Below, one piece after another: positions 34,779 through 47,102 of a stretch of 64,000 nt of DNA. The position numbers and the translations under genes are program-made. How positions within the stretch are numbered: the first letter of the stretch is position 1; every line of letters begins with the position of its first letter. This DNA is from an uncultured delta proteobacterium (lineage in GTDB: Bacteria > Myxococcota_A > UBA9160 > UBA4427): assembly GCA_963822965.1 (NCBI GenBank), contig CAWGJT010000005.1, positions 384,001 to 448,000 on the forward strand. The letters run 5' to 3'. Under the pieces are notes generated by a model. The model was not told where the DNA came from. It did not search any database and saw only the letters and a program-made list of their open reading frames with translations.

Positions 34779-36264
34779 ATGAGCGGATTCGTCGGCGCGA
34801 TCGAGGCGATCTTCAAGGGCTGGGTGGTCGCGCCCCTCGACTCGGTGCTCTTCTTCGACGTCGTCTTCTGGGACAACGGGAAGCCCGGCGAGATCCAGCT
34901 TCCCATCGTGGTCGGCCTGGCTGGTGCTGGGCGCCCTCTACTTCACCCTGCGCTTCCAGTTCATCAACTTCCGCGGGCTTCCGCCACGCCGATCGCCTGC
35001 GTGCGCGGCCAGTACAGCGCGCCGCGGACGACGCCGGCGACATCATCGCACTTCCAGGCGCTGTCCGCGGCGCTCTCCGCCACCGTCGGGCTCGGCAACA
35101 TCGCCGGGGTGGCGTTCGCGGTGGGCGTCGGCGGGCCGGGCGCCGTCTTCTGGATGGTGGTGGCCGGCTTCCTCGGCATGAGCTCGAAGTTCGCCGAGTG
35201 CACCCTCGGCCAGAAGTACCGCGTGACGCGCTCGGACGGCCACGTGTCCGGCGGACCGATGCACTACCTGCGCGACGGCCTGGCCGAGCTCGGGCTCGCG
35301 CGCAGCGGGCCGGGTGCTGTCGGTCGTCTTCTCGTTGATGTGCGTCGGCGGCAGCTTCGGCGGCGGCAACATGTACCAGTCGAACCAGGCCTTCGTGCAG
35401 GTGGCGCAGACCTTCGGCAGGCGTCGGCGCCGTGGCTCGGCGGCAACGGCGGCGCCGATCGTCTTCGGCCTGGTGCTCGCGGTGCTCGTCGGCCTCGTGA
35501 TCGTCGGCGGCATCCGGCGCATCGGCGAGGTGGCCGTCGTTCCTCGTTCCCATCATGTGCATCGTCTACGTGGTCTTCGGGCCTCCTGATCCTCGCCGTC
35601 CACGCCGGCGCGGTGCCCGCACGCCATCGCGACCATCGTCCAGGACGCCTTCAGCTGGAAGGCCGGCATCGGCGGCTTCGTCGGCACGCTGATCCAGGGC
35701 TTCCGCCGCGCGGCCTTCAGCAACGAGGCGGGCGTCGGCTCGGCCTCGATCGCCCACTCGGCGGCGCGCACCGAGGAGCCCATCCGGGAGGGCCTGGTCG
35801 CGCTGCTCGAGCCCTTCATCGACACCATCATCGTGTGCGCGATGACGGGCGCCGTGATCGTCGTGACCGGCGCCTACGAGCACCCCGAGGCCGGAACCGG
35901 CATCGGGATGACGTCGTTCGCGTTCGCGACGGTGTTCCCCTGGTTCCCGATCGTGCTGTCGTTCACGGCCGTCGCCTTCGCGTTCAGCACCATGATCTCG
36001 TGGAGCTACTACGGCGAGCAGTGCTGGGTGACGCTCTTCGGGCTGCCCTCGGTGCTGCTCTACAAGCTGCTCTTCCTGCTCTTCACCTGGGCCGGCGCCG
36101 ATCTTCGCCGCCGAGGCCGTGGTGCAACTTCGGCGACCTGATGATCCTGGGGATGGCGTTCCCGAACATCGCCGGCGTGCTGCTGCTGACGGGCAGGGTG
36201 AAGCCGGACCTCGACAGACTACCTGCTGCGCCTGCGGGCCGGCGCCTTCCAGCGGCACGCCTGA
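34779..36264 (+). CDS. Alanine/glycine:cation symporter (AGCS family; frameshifted)
   Basis: [60 protein letters not shown]. Confidence 0.92.
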
Positions 36265-36295
36265 GCGCGCCCGGACGGGCTCGCCCGGGCCGGAC

Positions 36296-38440
36296 TCAAC
36301 GGCTTCGGACTGCGAGGCCAGGTAGCCCTGGATCGTGCGGATCTCGTCCGGCGAGAGCCACTGGGAGAAGCCGGGCATCGAGGTGCCGTCGAGGCCATTC
36401 GAGACGATGGGCACGAAGGCCTCCCCGAGCGCCGCCGCGCGGCTCCGCAGGTCCGGATTCACGCCGCCCGCGATGCCGTTCGCACCGTGACAGCGCCAGC
36501 ACCAGTTCGTGGTAGAGATCGGCGCCACGCGCCGCCGCGGGGTCGCGCGACTCGAGCATCGCGTCGACCACGTCGGGGGTGATCGTCTCGTCGACGAGCG
36601 CCCAGGCCAGGATGCGGCCGCTCGATCGACGCCCGCCGCGCGGGCGGCGTCGCCGCCGACCTGCGCGAAGGCCCCGCCCCAGCCCGCCACCACCGACACG
36701 TACTGCACCCCGCCCACCCGGTAGCTGATGGGCGCGGCGATGATGCCGGTGCCCGCCGAGTGGCTCTGCCACAGCAGGCGTGCCGTCGTCGGCGCGCAGC
36801 GCCAGGAAGCGACCGTCGGCGGTGCCCTGGAAGACGAGGTTGCCCGCCGTCGTGAGGGTGCCCCCGTTCCACGGCAGCCCGTACGGGTGTCGCCACACCT
36901 CCTTCTGCTCGACCGGATCCCACGCGAGCAGATATCCCGAGACCGCCTCGCGGTCGAAGAAGGTCCCGAGCGGTGGCTGTCGACGCCCGTGTTGAACTCG
37001 CCCGGACGCACCGCGAAGGCGGGATCGCGCCGGTACGGACCGGCCATCTCCTGGGCCGGGATGTAGACCAGCCCGGTCACCGGGTTGAAGGACATGGGCT
37101 GCCAGTTGTGCCCGCCGAGGTACATGGGCGTGACCAGCGCCAGCCCGTTCTCGTAGTCGCCGCTCGGGCTCGGAATCGGTCGACCGCTCGCGGCATCGAT
37201 GCCCTCCGCCCAGCTCACGGGGACGTAGTTGCTCGGCCGAGATCAGCTCGCCGGTCTCGCGGTCGAGCACGTAGAAGAAGCCGTTCTTCGGGGCCTGCAT
37301 GATCACCTTGCGCAGGCTGTCCGCCGATCGGAAGCTCCGCCAGGATCATGTGCTGGGTCGCGGTGAAGTCCCAGTTGTCGGCCGGCGTCGTCTGGTAGTG
37401 CCAGCGGATCTCCCCGGTATCGGGATCCAGCGCCAGGATCGACGAGAGGAAGAGGTTGTCGCCGCCGCCGGGGCTGCGCAGCTCCGCCCGCCAGGGCGAG
37501 CCGTTCCCGGTCCCGACGTAGAGCAGGCGCAGGTCCGGGTCGTAGGCCATCGAGTCCCAGACCGTGCCGCCGCCGCCGAGCTTCCAATACTCGCCGTTCC
37601 AGGTCTCGGCGGCGCGCTCCAGGGCGGGCGACTCGAAGGGCTGGCTCGGATCGCCCGGGCACCGTGTAGGTCCGCCAGACCAGCGCGCCGGTGGCCGCGT
37701 CGTAGGCCGACACGTAGCCGCGCACGCCGAACTCGGCGCCGCCGTTGCCGATCACGACCTTGCCTTCCACCACCCGCGGCGCGCCGGTGATGGTGTACGG
37801 CTGCTGGGGGTCCACGGTGACGGTCTCCCACACGGGCTCGCCGGTGGACGCGTCCAGGGCGATCAGACGCCCGTCGAGGGCGCCGACGTAGACCCGGCCC
37901 CGATACACGGCGACGCCCCGGTTCACGACGTCGCAGCACGTCTTGCGCCCGACCTCCCGGGGGACCTGGGGATCGTACTTCCACAGCAGGCGCCCCGTGG
38001 CGGCGTCGAGGGCGAAGACCACGCTCCAGGGGCCCGTCGCGAAGAGCACCCCGTCGACGACGATGGGGGTGGCCTCGTGTCCGCGACGCATCCCGGTGTC
38101 GAACTTCCAGGCGAGCCGCAGGTGGTTCGACGTTGCGCGCGTGGATCTGGGTGAGGGGGCTGAAGCGCTGCTCGGACCAGGTGCGGCCGTGGGTCAGCCA
38201 GTCGTCGGTGTCGGACGCGGCCGCGCGCAGGCGGACGTCGTTCACCGAAGTGGCGACGCCCCGCAAGCGCGGGCGCGGGCGCGGGCGGGTGCGCGGGGCC
38301 GGGACGGGTGCGGCGAAGGGCTCCGGAGGGGGCTGCGCCACCTCGGCTTCGTCGCCGCCGCCGCAGGCGATCGGGCTCGCGAGCCCGACCGCCAGCAGCA
38401 GCGCCAGGGCCCGGGGGCCCCGCACCCGCCGCGGGATCAC
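36296..38440 (-). CDS. PQQ-dependent quinohemoprotein alcohol dehydrogenase, type II, lipoprotein (frameshifted)
   Basis: CCDVVNRG vicinal disulfide, [32 protein letters not shown]-terminal CWRCH heme. Confidence 0.9.
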
Positions 38441-39243
38441 TTGACGGTGATCACGACGGGCGCGCTGAACCGCACCCGGCCCGACTTCCCGCCGTAGCCG
38501 CCCAGGGGCTGCTTGCCGTAGACGGGATGCTCCGTCGAGCCGAGCTTGGTGGCCTTCTCGGTGCCGTAGAGGTAGACGCCCACCAGCGGGTACTCGCCGG
38601 GACGATCGGGAGCCTGGAGGGTGTAGATCACCTTCGACTTGCTCCACTTTCCGGTGACCGCGTTGGACTCGACGCCCAGCACGTTCACGAACGTGACCTT
38701 GCGGCCCATGCGCTCGGGCCGGCGGTCGAGCCACTCGCTCTGGGGCTTTCCGTCCGGACCGATCACCGTGGGAGGCCCGACCACGGTCCAGCCGGCGGCC
38801 GACGCCGGTCGCGCGTACCAGCGATGGGCGCGGTCGACGAGGCCGACGCCCACCACGGGGCCTGCGCCGCCCGTCACCACCACGGTCACGTTGAAGTTCT
38901 CACCGGCCTTCACCTGCGGCGGGTATTCGATGAGCTCGATCTTCGAGTTGGCGTCGACCGCCTGCAGCTGCTGGACGAGGGTCGCCCGGTCGGCCTCCGA
39001 CAGCTTGTCGTAGGGGCTCTGCCCCTGGAGGATCGCCGCCAGGTGCTTGTTGGCCGCCAGCTCCTTCTCGGCCCGGGGCCCCGAGCCCTCGAGGGCCTCC
39101 GCCGAGAGCGACGAGTGGCAGGCGGCGCAGAACGGAGCCACGTCCGTCTGGAAGTCGGGCGTACCGCCGGGATACGCGTTCACCGAAGCCGGCAGGGCCA
39201 GCAGGCCGGCGACGACGATCCATGCACGACCGTATGAAATCAT
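38437..39243 (-). CDS. Secreted monoheme c-type protein of unknown function
   Basis: Signal peptide, CAACH, beta-rich C-terminal domain; stop overlaps the dehydrogenase start. Confidence 0.75.
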   Translation of the reverse strand: MISYGRAWIVVAGLLALPASVNAYPGGTPDFQTDVAPFCAACHSSLSAEALEGSGPRAEKELAANKHLAAILQGQSPYDKLSEADRATLVQQLQAVDANSKIELIEYPPQVKAGENFNVTVVVTGGAGPVVGVGLVDRAHRWYARPASAAGWTVVGPPTVIGPDGKPQSEWLDRRPERMGRKVTFVNVLGVESNAVTGKWSKSKVIYTLQAPDRPGEYPLVGVYLYGTEKATKLGSTEHPVYGKQPLGGYGGKSGRVRFSAPVVITVK

Positions 39244-39333
39244 GATTTCCTCCTCCATCGGAACGGAGCTCGCGAGACGAGCCTGCGGCGCCGCTGCCCG
39301 CTGCGGAACCCCTCCGTCGGGATCATCGGCACG

Positions 39334-39954
39334 TCACTCGAACTCGGTGTGGCACCGCGCACACTGCGCGCGAACGCGCGCGGGACGGAGATAGTAGAAC
39401 GCTTCGCTCCCGCCGGCCGCGTGGGACTGGTGGCATTCCACACACGACACGCCCAGCGCCACGTTGTGGACGCCCAGCGCGTGGAACGGCGGATTCGAGT
39501 CATCGGCTCCCCCCTCGGATTTCGGGAAGTCCGGGTGGCATTGCCGGCAGTCCTCGTCCCGGAGCGGCCAGGCCATCTCCTGGGGCTCGTCGAAGTGCCC
39601 GACCGCCCACCAGAATCCGTCCTTCGCGGCGAGCAGCTTGGTGCGCGCCTTGCCGAGGAATCCCACGCCGCCGTGGCAGTCGATGCAGCGGAACGGCTCG
39701 CTCGCGGCACGTCGCGGGTGGAGGCTGCGGGCGTGCAGCCCGGCCAGGTTGACCGGCGGCCGTGCGTCGAAATCGCGGCGGATGTCGATGTGCAGGGGAA
39801 CGCCCGGCTCGAGATGGCAGGCGTTGCAGAAGTCGTCGTCCTGCTCGAGGTGATCGGTGCCGAACCAGCCCACGGGCGCCGCGACGCCGCCCGCAGCCAG
39901 AAGTGCGATCCAGAGGCGCGACGAGAAGAGGCGCTTCGTTCGTCCGGGAGCCAC
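39334..39954 (-). CDS. Membrane-anchored pentaheme cytochrome c (NapC/NirT-like N-terminus)
   Basis: One TM helix, then CNACH, CIDCH, CRQCH, CVECH, CARCH. Confidence 0.82.
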   Translation of the reverse strand: MAPGRTKRLFSSRLWIALLAAGGVAAPVGWFGTDHLEQDDDFCNACHLEPGVPLHIDIRRDFDARPPVNLAGLHARSLHPRRAASEPFRCIDCHGGVGFLGKARTKLLAAKDGFWWAVGHFDEPQEMAWPLRDEDCRQCHPDFPKSEGGADDSNPPFHALGVHNVALGVSCVECHQSHAAGGSEAFYYLRPARVRAQCARCHTEFE

Positions 39955-40038
39955 GCACGGGCGAGTCTCGCATATCCGGCGGCCCGCGCCGAGAGCTGGG
40001 GTACCCTTGCGGACCGCGGAACGGGAGGAGGAGCGCGA

Positions 40039-40917
40039 ATGGGCACCGAGATCGGTCGACTGGGCGTCTGGAGCTGGCTCGATTCGCTGGCCGCGCCGGA
40101 CGCCGCCGCCTTCGCGAGGCAGCTCGAGGCGTGGGGCTACTCCGCCCTGTGGATCCCCGAGGCGGTGGGGCGCGACCCCTTCTCCTTCATCGCCTACCTG
40201 GGAGCGAACACCGAGAAGCTGGTGCTGGCCACCGGCATCGCCAACATCTACGCGCGCGACGCCATGACCCTCAAGGCGATCCACAAGACGCTCGCGGAGC
40301 TCATCCCCGAGCGCTTCGTCCTGGGCCTCGGCGTGTCGCACGAGCACCTCGTCTCCCGGGTGCGCGGTCACGAGTACGGCAAGCCCCTCACCACCATGCG
40401 GAACCACCTGGACGCCATGGAGAGCGCCCTCTACATGGGCGCGGAGCCCAAGGAGGACGCGCCCATCGTGCTGGCGGCCCTGCGCGACCGGATGCTCACC
40501 CTGGCCGCCGAGCGCACCCGGGGCGCCCACCCCTACTTCGTGCCCCCGGAGCACACGGCCCATGCCCGCGAGGTGATGGGGCCCGACGCCTGGCTCTGCC
40601 CGGAGCAGATGGTGCTGCTCGAGACCGACGCCACGAAGGCCCGCCAGGTGGCCCGGGCCAACATGCAGGTGTACGTCGGCCTACCGAACTACCAGAACAA
40701 CCTGCGCCGGCTCGGCTACGGCGACGCGGACTTCGCCGACGGCGGCAGCGATCGGCTGGTCGACGCCATCGTGGCCTGGGGCGACGAGCAGGCCATCGCC
40801 CGCCGGGTGAAGGCCCACCACGACGCGGGCGCCACCCACGTCTGCATCCAGCCCTTCCGTCCCGACGGCCGTCCCGGACCGGACCTGCGCATCCTGGAGG
40901 CGCTCGCCCCCGCCTGA
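40039..40917 (+). CDS. LLM-class, probably F420-dependent oxidoreductase (TIGR03620-like)
   Basis: [55 protein letters not shown]. Confidence 0.85.
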   Translation: MGTEIGRLGVWSWLDSLAAPDAAAFARQLEAWGYSALWIPEAVGRDPFSFIAYLGANTEKLVLATGIANIYARDAMTLKAIHKTLAELIPERFVLGLGVSHEHLVSRVRGHEYGKPLTTMRNHLDAMESALYMGAEPKEDAPIVLAALRDRMLTLAAERTRGAHPYFVPPEHTAHAREVMGPDAWLCPEQMVLLETDATKARQVARANMQVYVGLPNYQNNLRRLGYGDADFADGGSDRLVDAIVAWGDEQAIARRVKAHHDAGATHVCIQPFRPDGRPGPDLRILEALAPA

Positions 40918-40958
40918 TCGCGCGGCGGGACGACGCGCGCGCCGTTATCCTCGCGCGC

Positions 40959-42186
40959 ATGGCTCACATCAACGAGAACTACCGCAAGCTGCAGAAGGGC
41001 TACCTCTTTCCCGAGATCGGGCGGCGCGTGCGCGCCTACCAGGCCGCCAACCCTGACGCGAACATCATCCGTCTCGGCATCGGGGACGTCACCCTGCCGC
41101 TGGTTCCCGCCGTGGTCCGGGCGATGCACGACGCCGTCGACGACCAGTCGGAGAAGGCCTTCGGATACGGGCCGGAGAACGGCTACGAGTTCCTGAAGGA
41201 GGCCATCCTGCAGGGCGACTATCGCAGCCGCGGCGTCGAGATCGCCCCCGACGAGATCTTCGTCTCCGACGGCAGCAAGCAGGACACGGGCAACGTCCAG
41301 GAGATCTTCGGCAGCGACTGCAGCGTGCTGGTGACGGACCCGAGCTATCCCGTCTACGTGGACACCAACGTGATGGCCGGACGCACCGGCGGCGCGGACG
41401 CCGCCGGCACCTACGCGGGCATCCACTACCTGCCGGCCACGGAAGCCAACGGCTTCACCCCGCTGCCGCCCGCCGAACGCGTCGACCTCGCCTACCTGTG
41501 CTCGCCCAACAACCCGACGGGCGCGGTGGCTTCGCGCGAGAACCTCACCGGCTGGGTGGCCTGGGCCCGCGAGAACGACGCGGTGCTCCTCTTCGACGCC
41601 GCCTACGACGCCTTCATCCAGGACCCTGCCCTGCCCCGATCCATCTACGAGATCGAGGGCGCCCGGGAGTGCGCGATCGAGATGCGCAGCTTCTCGAAGC
41701 GCGCGGGCTTCACCGGCGTGCGGTGCGCGTACACGGTCGTGCCGAAGGCCCTCACCGGAAGCACCGCCGCCGGCGAGCGCGTCCCGCTGCACGGCCTGTG
41801 GTCCCGCCGCCAGGCGACCAAGTTCAACGAGGTGCCCTACGTGGTGCAGCGCGCCGCCGAGGCGGTCTTCTCCGCCGAGGGAGCCGCCGAGACCGGGAAG
41901 CAGATCGCCTACTACATGGAGAACGCCACGCGCATCCGCGAGGGACTCACCGCCGCCCGCTTCGCCGTCTTCGGCGGCGAGCACGCCCCGTACATCTGGC
42001 TGCGCACGCCCGAGGGCACGACGTCCTGGGACTTCTTCGACCAGCTCCTCGAGCGGACCCACGTCGTGGGCACGCCCGGGCTCGGGCTTCGGCCCCGCCG
42101 GCGAGGGCTACTTCCGCATCTCCGCGTTCAACTCCCACGAGAACGTCGACCTGGCCATCGAACGCATCCGCAAGGCCTTCGCCTGA
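40959..42186 (+). CDS. dapL: LL-diaminopimelate aminotransferase (frameshift near 3' end)
   Basis: [53 protein letters not shown]. Confidence 0.93.
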
Positions 42187-44326
42187 CCCGCGTCTTCCGC
42201 CGGGCGCGATCGCACGAGCCTTCATCGGGAGCCCGCGCCCTGCGCCGAGACGGGATCTGTCTACTGCTGCTCTGGGCCTTCTTCGCGGCCTGGTATGCGC
42301 CCGGCGTGCTCGGGGGTCGGATCCCGGCCTGGGAGGACACGGCGGCGTACTTCTTCGCCAACCGGGCCGCCCTTCACGCCATCGCCCACGGCGCGGGCTT
42401 CCACTGGTGGGACCCGGTTCCGATGCTGGGCATGCCGCGCCTGGGCAACATCCAGAACGGCACCTTCTCGCCCCTCTCCCTCTTCTTCTACCTGCTGCCG
42501 ACGGCGCGCGTCTTCGCGTTCTTCCCCGCCCTGGCGCTGGGGCTGCTGTCGAGCTTCACGTTCGGCCTGTTCCGGAGGTGCGGGGTCGGGCGCATTCCGG
42601 CGCTCTTCGGCGCGCTCTCGTGGGCGACGATCGGCAACGTCACGACGCACCTCCAGCACGTGTCCGCGATCGACACCCTGCTGTGGCTGCCCGCGACCCT
42701 GCTCGCCTGGGAGGGCTACCGCCGCAGCCGGGGCGGGCCGGGGCGGCGCGCCGGCCTGGCGACGCTCGCGGGGGTCTGCCTGGCGTTCCAGTGCTTCGGC
42801 GCCCTGCCCCAGTTCGTGCTCTACAACGGCCTGGTGATGGCCATGTGGATGGGGCTCGGCATCGTCCGGACCGCGCCGGCAGGGGGGGGCCTGGCTGCAG
42901 GACGCGGCCGTGGCCGCGGGCATCGCGGTGATCGGGATCGGTCTGGCGAGCTGGCAGCTGCTGCCCTTCCTCGAGATGGTCGAGCATTCGCACCGCTCGC
43001 TCTTCGCGGGCACGGCCGGCGGGGCCTTCGCCGAGAGCTACCGGGCGGCGCCCTACGAGGTGGCCCTCGCCCTGGCGCGCGAGCTCTTCGCCTGGATCGA
43101 CGCGCCCGCCCTGCGCTACGGCCCGGCCTACGTGAACCTCCCGAACCTGAGCGTGCTGACGGTCGCGCTCGCGGTCTTCGCCCTGGTGCGACGGCCGCGT
43201 GCGTGGCCGGAGGCCGCCTTCGCGCTCTTCTTCCTGCTCGGCATGCTGGGCTCCGCGGGCGGCGTCGTCCCGCTGCTCACGCTCGTCTTCCCCCTGGCCG
43301 AGCAGCTGCGCGCCCCCCTGCGCATGATCGTTCCGGCGGCCTTCTTCCTGTCGTGGCTGGGGGCCCAGGGCCTGGATCGGTGGATGGCCGGCGGCGGGCC
43401 GCGCCCGGCGGGTGTCGCCGGTCGCCGGATGGCCGCCGGGGCGCTGGCGGTGGCCTGGGTGGCGGGCGTGGGCTTCGCGCTCAGCCAGCCCCGGCCGGTG
43501 TGGATGGAGCCCGAAGCGTTCCGCGTTCCGGAGGTCGTCCGGCACGCCGAGCCGCGCATCGCGGCGGACTTCCGCAGCTCGCCCCGCATGCCGCTCTTCG
43601 CTCTGGACGCCGGCGTCGCGGCCGGCGTCCCGACGCTCTTCCTGCGCGAGCCGCTCATCGCGCGCAGCTTCTTCGAGGCGTACTTCGCCAGCCAGTTCGG
43701 CAGCCTCGAACGGCGGGGCCTGCTCGCCCGCATGGGAAACGTCATCACCCTGCCCTTCCAGAAGCCCTCGATGCCGATCCTGCGGTCGTTCCGCCTGTCC
43801 TCGCTGATCCGCTACGACGACGGCCACTACCGCGCGGTGCAGCTGCCCGGCGTCGTCCCGCGCTTCCGGATCGTCCGGGAGGCGCTTCTCGCGGCGGAGC
43901 CGCGCCAGCGCTGGGCGCTCGCCGCGTCCGACCGCTGGGAGCCGGCGCAGGTGGCGATCGTCGAGGAGGCCGTCGACCTGCCCGTCGGGCCGGACCGCGA
44001 CCTCGCGCCCTCGCGGCTGCGCGTGCTGCTCGACGAGCCGGACCACCATCTGCTCGAGGTGGAGTCCGCCGGCGCGCTGGTCGTCACGTCCGGGCTATTC
44101 TTCCCCGGCTGGGGCGTGCGGGTGGACGACCGCGAGGCCCGGCCATTGCGGGTGGACCTGGCCTTGCGGGGCGTGGTGGTACCGCCCGGCGTGCATCGCG
44201 TGGAGTGGCGCTACCGGCCCACCTGGATCGGCGCGGGCTACGGCCGCGACGGTGCTCGCAGGCGTCACGGCGCTGGCGATACCCTTCGCCCTGGGTCGGC
44301 TCGAACGCCGCCGGTCGCGAGGCTGA
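42183..44326 (+). CDS. YfhO-like polytopic membrane protein (start uncertain, frameshifted)
   Basis: WWDP..GMP..GN..FSPL N-terminal motif, many TM helices, C-terminal [28 protein letters not shown]. Confidence 0.75.
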
Positions 44327-44353
44327 GGACCCCGCGCCGCGGGACGCGATCGG

Positions 44354-44480
44354 TTGCACCTCGAAGCGATCCAGCAAAGCTTCGATCGCCTCGCCTCGGC
44401 GGGCGACGAGGTGCGCGACTTCTCCGCCGGACGGCCCGCCACGGACGACATCGCGATCCTCACCATCTCGCGCTCCTCCT
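44354..44480 (+). pseudogene. Remnant of a PP2C/SpoIIE phosphatase C-terminus
   Basis: [23 protein letters not shown] resembles the terminal DD motif of SpoIIE domains; no upstream domain present. Confidence 0.45.
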
Positions 44481-44686
44481 GGGGCCCGGCCCAGGGGGGA
44501 CCCCGAACCGGCGACCCTTGCGTGCGGTTTTTCTTCCGTCCCCGCACCCCGGGGTCATAGAATGGACCCTCGCGCGCGCGGGAGCGGAGGCTCCCGACCG
44601 GCCTGGCTCCGCGCACCCGGACGGCGCGACCCGGTGAGACCGGGGACACGAGGAAACGGAACCCGGACATGGAAGGGGAGCGACAC

Positions 44687-47050
44687 ATGCCGAAGCCGTA
44701 CGAGCGAGCGAGCCACCGCAACGCCGACGCCGCGACGATCGTCCTGGCCCTCCTCCTGACGAGCGGCCTCGTCTGCGTACGCCTCGGCCAGCCAGGCCGG
44801 CTCCCACCATCACGGCACACGGAGCGCGGAGCTTCGAGATCGAGGTGCTCTCGAGCCCGCCGGAGTACGTGAGCGGCGACGACGCCCGCGTCGCCATCGC
44901 CGTTCCGCGCAACGTGCCCGCTGCACAAGGTGCGCGTGCTGCTCGACGGCACGGACGTGACGGACTCCTTCTCGCCGGTACCCGGCGAGCGCACGCTCGA
45001 GGGCGTCGTCGACGGCCTCGCCCTGGGCGACAACCTGCTCGAGGTCGAGTCCAACGGCCGCGGCACGCGGTCGCCCCAGTCGCCTCCCTGGTGCTCACGA
45101 ACCATCCCGATCAGCGGCCCGATCTTCTCCGGCCCCCAGCAGGAGGTGTTCCTGTGCTCGGACGACGGCGACCGGGCGCAACGCCGAGCTCGGCCCCGCC
45201 CTCGACGAGGACTGCGCGGTCGAGACGGTGGTGTCGTTCAAGTACCGCACCCTGGGCGGCGCCTGGGCCGACTACGATCCCGCCGCGCCGCGGCCGGCGG
45301 ACATGAGCCAGACGACGACGATGGACGGCGACACCGTCGACTTCATCGTGCGCTGGGAGCGCGGGACGATCAACCGCTTCATCTACTCGATCGCCGTGCT
45401 CTCGCCGAACGCGCAGGACCCCGCCCAGCCGGACCTGTCGGCCTGGAACCGACGGCTCATCTACTACTTCCAGGGCGGCGTCGCGCATCGGCCACTACCA
45501 GGGCGACCCCAGCCGCTCCCGCATGCTCTACGACGCACGGGCTCTCCCTCGGGCTACGCGGTGGTCTACTCCACGGGCACAAGCACCGGGCACGCACTAC
45601 AACCTCGAGCTGGGCGGCGAGACGGCGATCATGGTGAAGGACCGCTTCGTCTCCGCCTACGCGAACCCCGACTACACCGTGGGCGTCGGCGGCTCGGGTG
45701 GCGGCATCCAGCAGTACGTCTACGCCCAGAACCACAAGGGCCTGATCGACGCCGGCATCCCCCAGTACTCGTACCCCGACATGATCACCCAGACGATCCA
45801 CGTCGGGGACTGCGAGCTGATCGAGCGCTGGATGGACGTCGAGGTGCTCGTTCGGGAACCCGAAGTGGGCCGACTGGGAGAACCGCACCGCTGATCGAGG
45901 GAATGAACGCGCTCAACGGCTTCCCGAACCCGTACCGGACCGCTGGTGCCCTTCCTGCCGCCGGGCTCGAGCGAGTGCGTGAACGGCTGGCGCGGCCTCT
46001 CGCCGCTCGTGCTGAACCCGCACTTCGGCACCGCACCCGGGCATCTCGCCGGCGGACCAGGTCGCCACCGAGTGGACCCACTACGCCGACGCCGTCAACG
46101 TCTACGGCCGTCGCGGCGGACGGCTATGCGGCCAGCACCTGGGACAACGTCGGCGTGCAGTACGGGCTGCGCCGCCCTCGTCGACGGCGACATCGGCAGC
46201 GACGAGTTCCTGGCGCTGAACGCGCAGGTGGGCTCCTGGAAGAACGAGCCGGACGACGTGCAGGAGGGCTGTCCCGTTCCTGTCCGTTCCTGTGCCCGCG
46301 CCCGGCGGACCTCGCCGGCCTGCCGCCCATTCCCGGACATCTATCCCAACCTGCTCGACCCGTGGAGCTGGCGCAACATGGCGCTCTCGCCCGACGGCGG
46401 GCTCACGCCGGCACCACGCAGGGAGGCCGACCCGGGCGCCATCGAGGCCGCCTACGAGCACGGGCTCGTGAACCGCGGCGACATCCAGATCCCGATGATC
46501 GACTGGCGCAACTACCTGGAGGCCGAGCTCGACATGCACAACTCGCATCAGTCGTTCGCCACCCGCCAGCGCTGCTCGACTACGACGGCGACGCCTCGAA
46601 CCAGGTGATCTGGTTCACCGACCAGCGCCTCTTCGACCAGACGCCGATGGCGTTCGAGGTGATCGACGAGTGGATGCGGAACATCCGGGCGCACCCGAAG
46701 CGCGGGCGTCGCCGGCAACAAGCCCGCCGCCGCCGTGGACAGCTGCTTCGACAGCGGCGGCAACCTGATCTACGCCGGCGCCGACGCCTGGAACGGCATC
46801 CTCGACGACGGCCCGCCGGGACCGTGCACGCAGCGTCATGCCGGTGTTCTCCACGTCGCGGATCGTCGCCGGCGCCCCGATCACCGGGACCGTCTTCAAG
46901 TGCCACCTGATCCCGGTGGACGAGGCGATCGCGCGGGGCTTCTACGGCGGCGTCGTCTTCGACGCGAGCCAGCGGGCGCGCCTCGACGCGATCTTCCCGA
47001 GCGGCGTCTGCGACTACGCCCAGGGAGACGCGCGGAGACCCGATCTGTAG
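44687..47050 (+). CDS. Secreted DUF6351-like (tannase-like) protein (heavily frameshifted)
   Basis: [62 protein letters not shown]. Confidence 0.7.
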
Positions 47051-47102
47051 CGAGAGCGGGACGCCGCGGCGGGGGCGGTAGACTCCCGGGTGGGAGGCTC
47101 CC

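Noticed and set aside
37350..37385. Lanthanide-dependent PQQ dehydrogenase
   Set aside because: The active-site motif is WDFTA, lacking the extra Asp (D-x-D) of lanthanide enzymes; it is Ca-type.
38260..38335. GCGGGC short repeats as a DNA element
   Set aside because: They encode the Pro/Ala linker after the lipoprotein signal of the PQQ dehydrogenase.
39762..44759. dapL-YfhO fusion protein
   Set aside because: The apparent fusion results from a frameshift near the dapL 3' end; dapL has its own stop at 42184-42186.
47051..47102. Cobalamin riboswitch or NrdR box before nrdJ
   Set aside because: The spacer is only ~52 bp and lacks either consensus.
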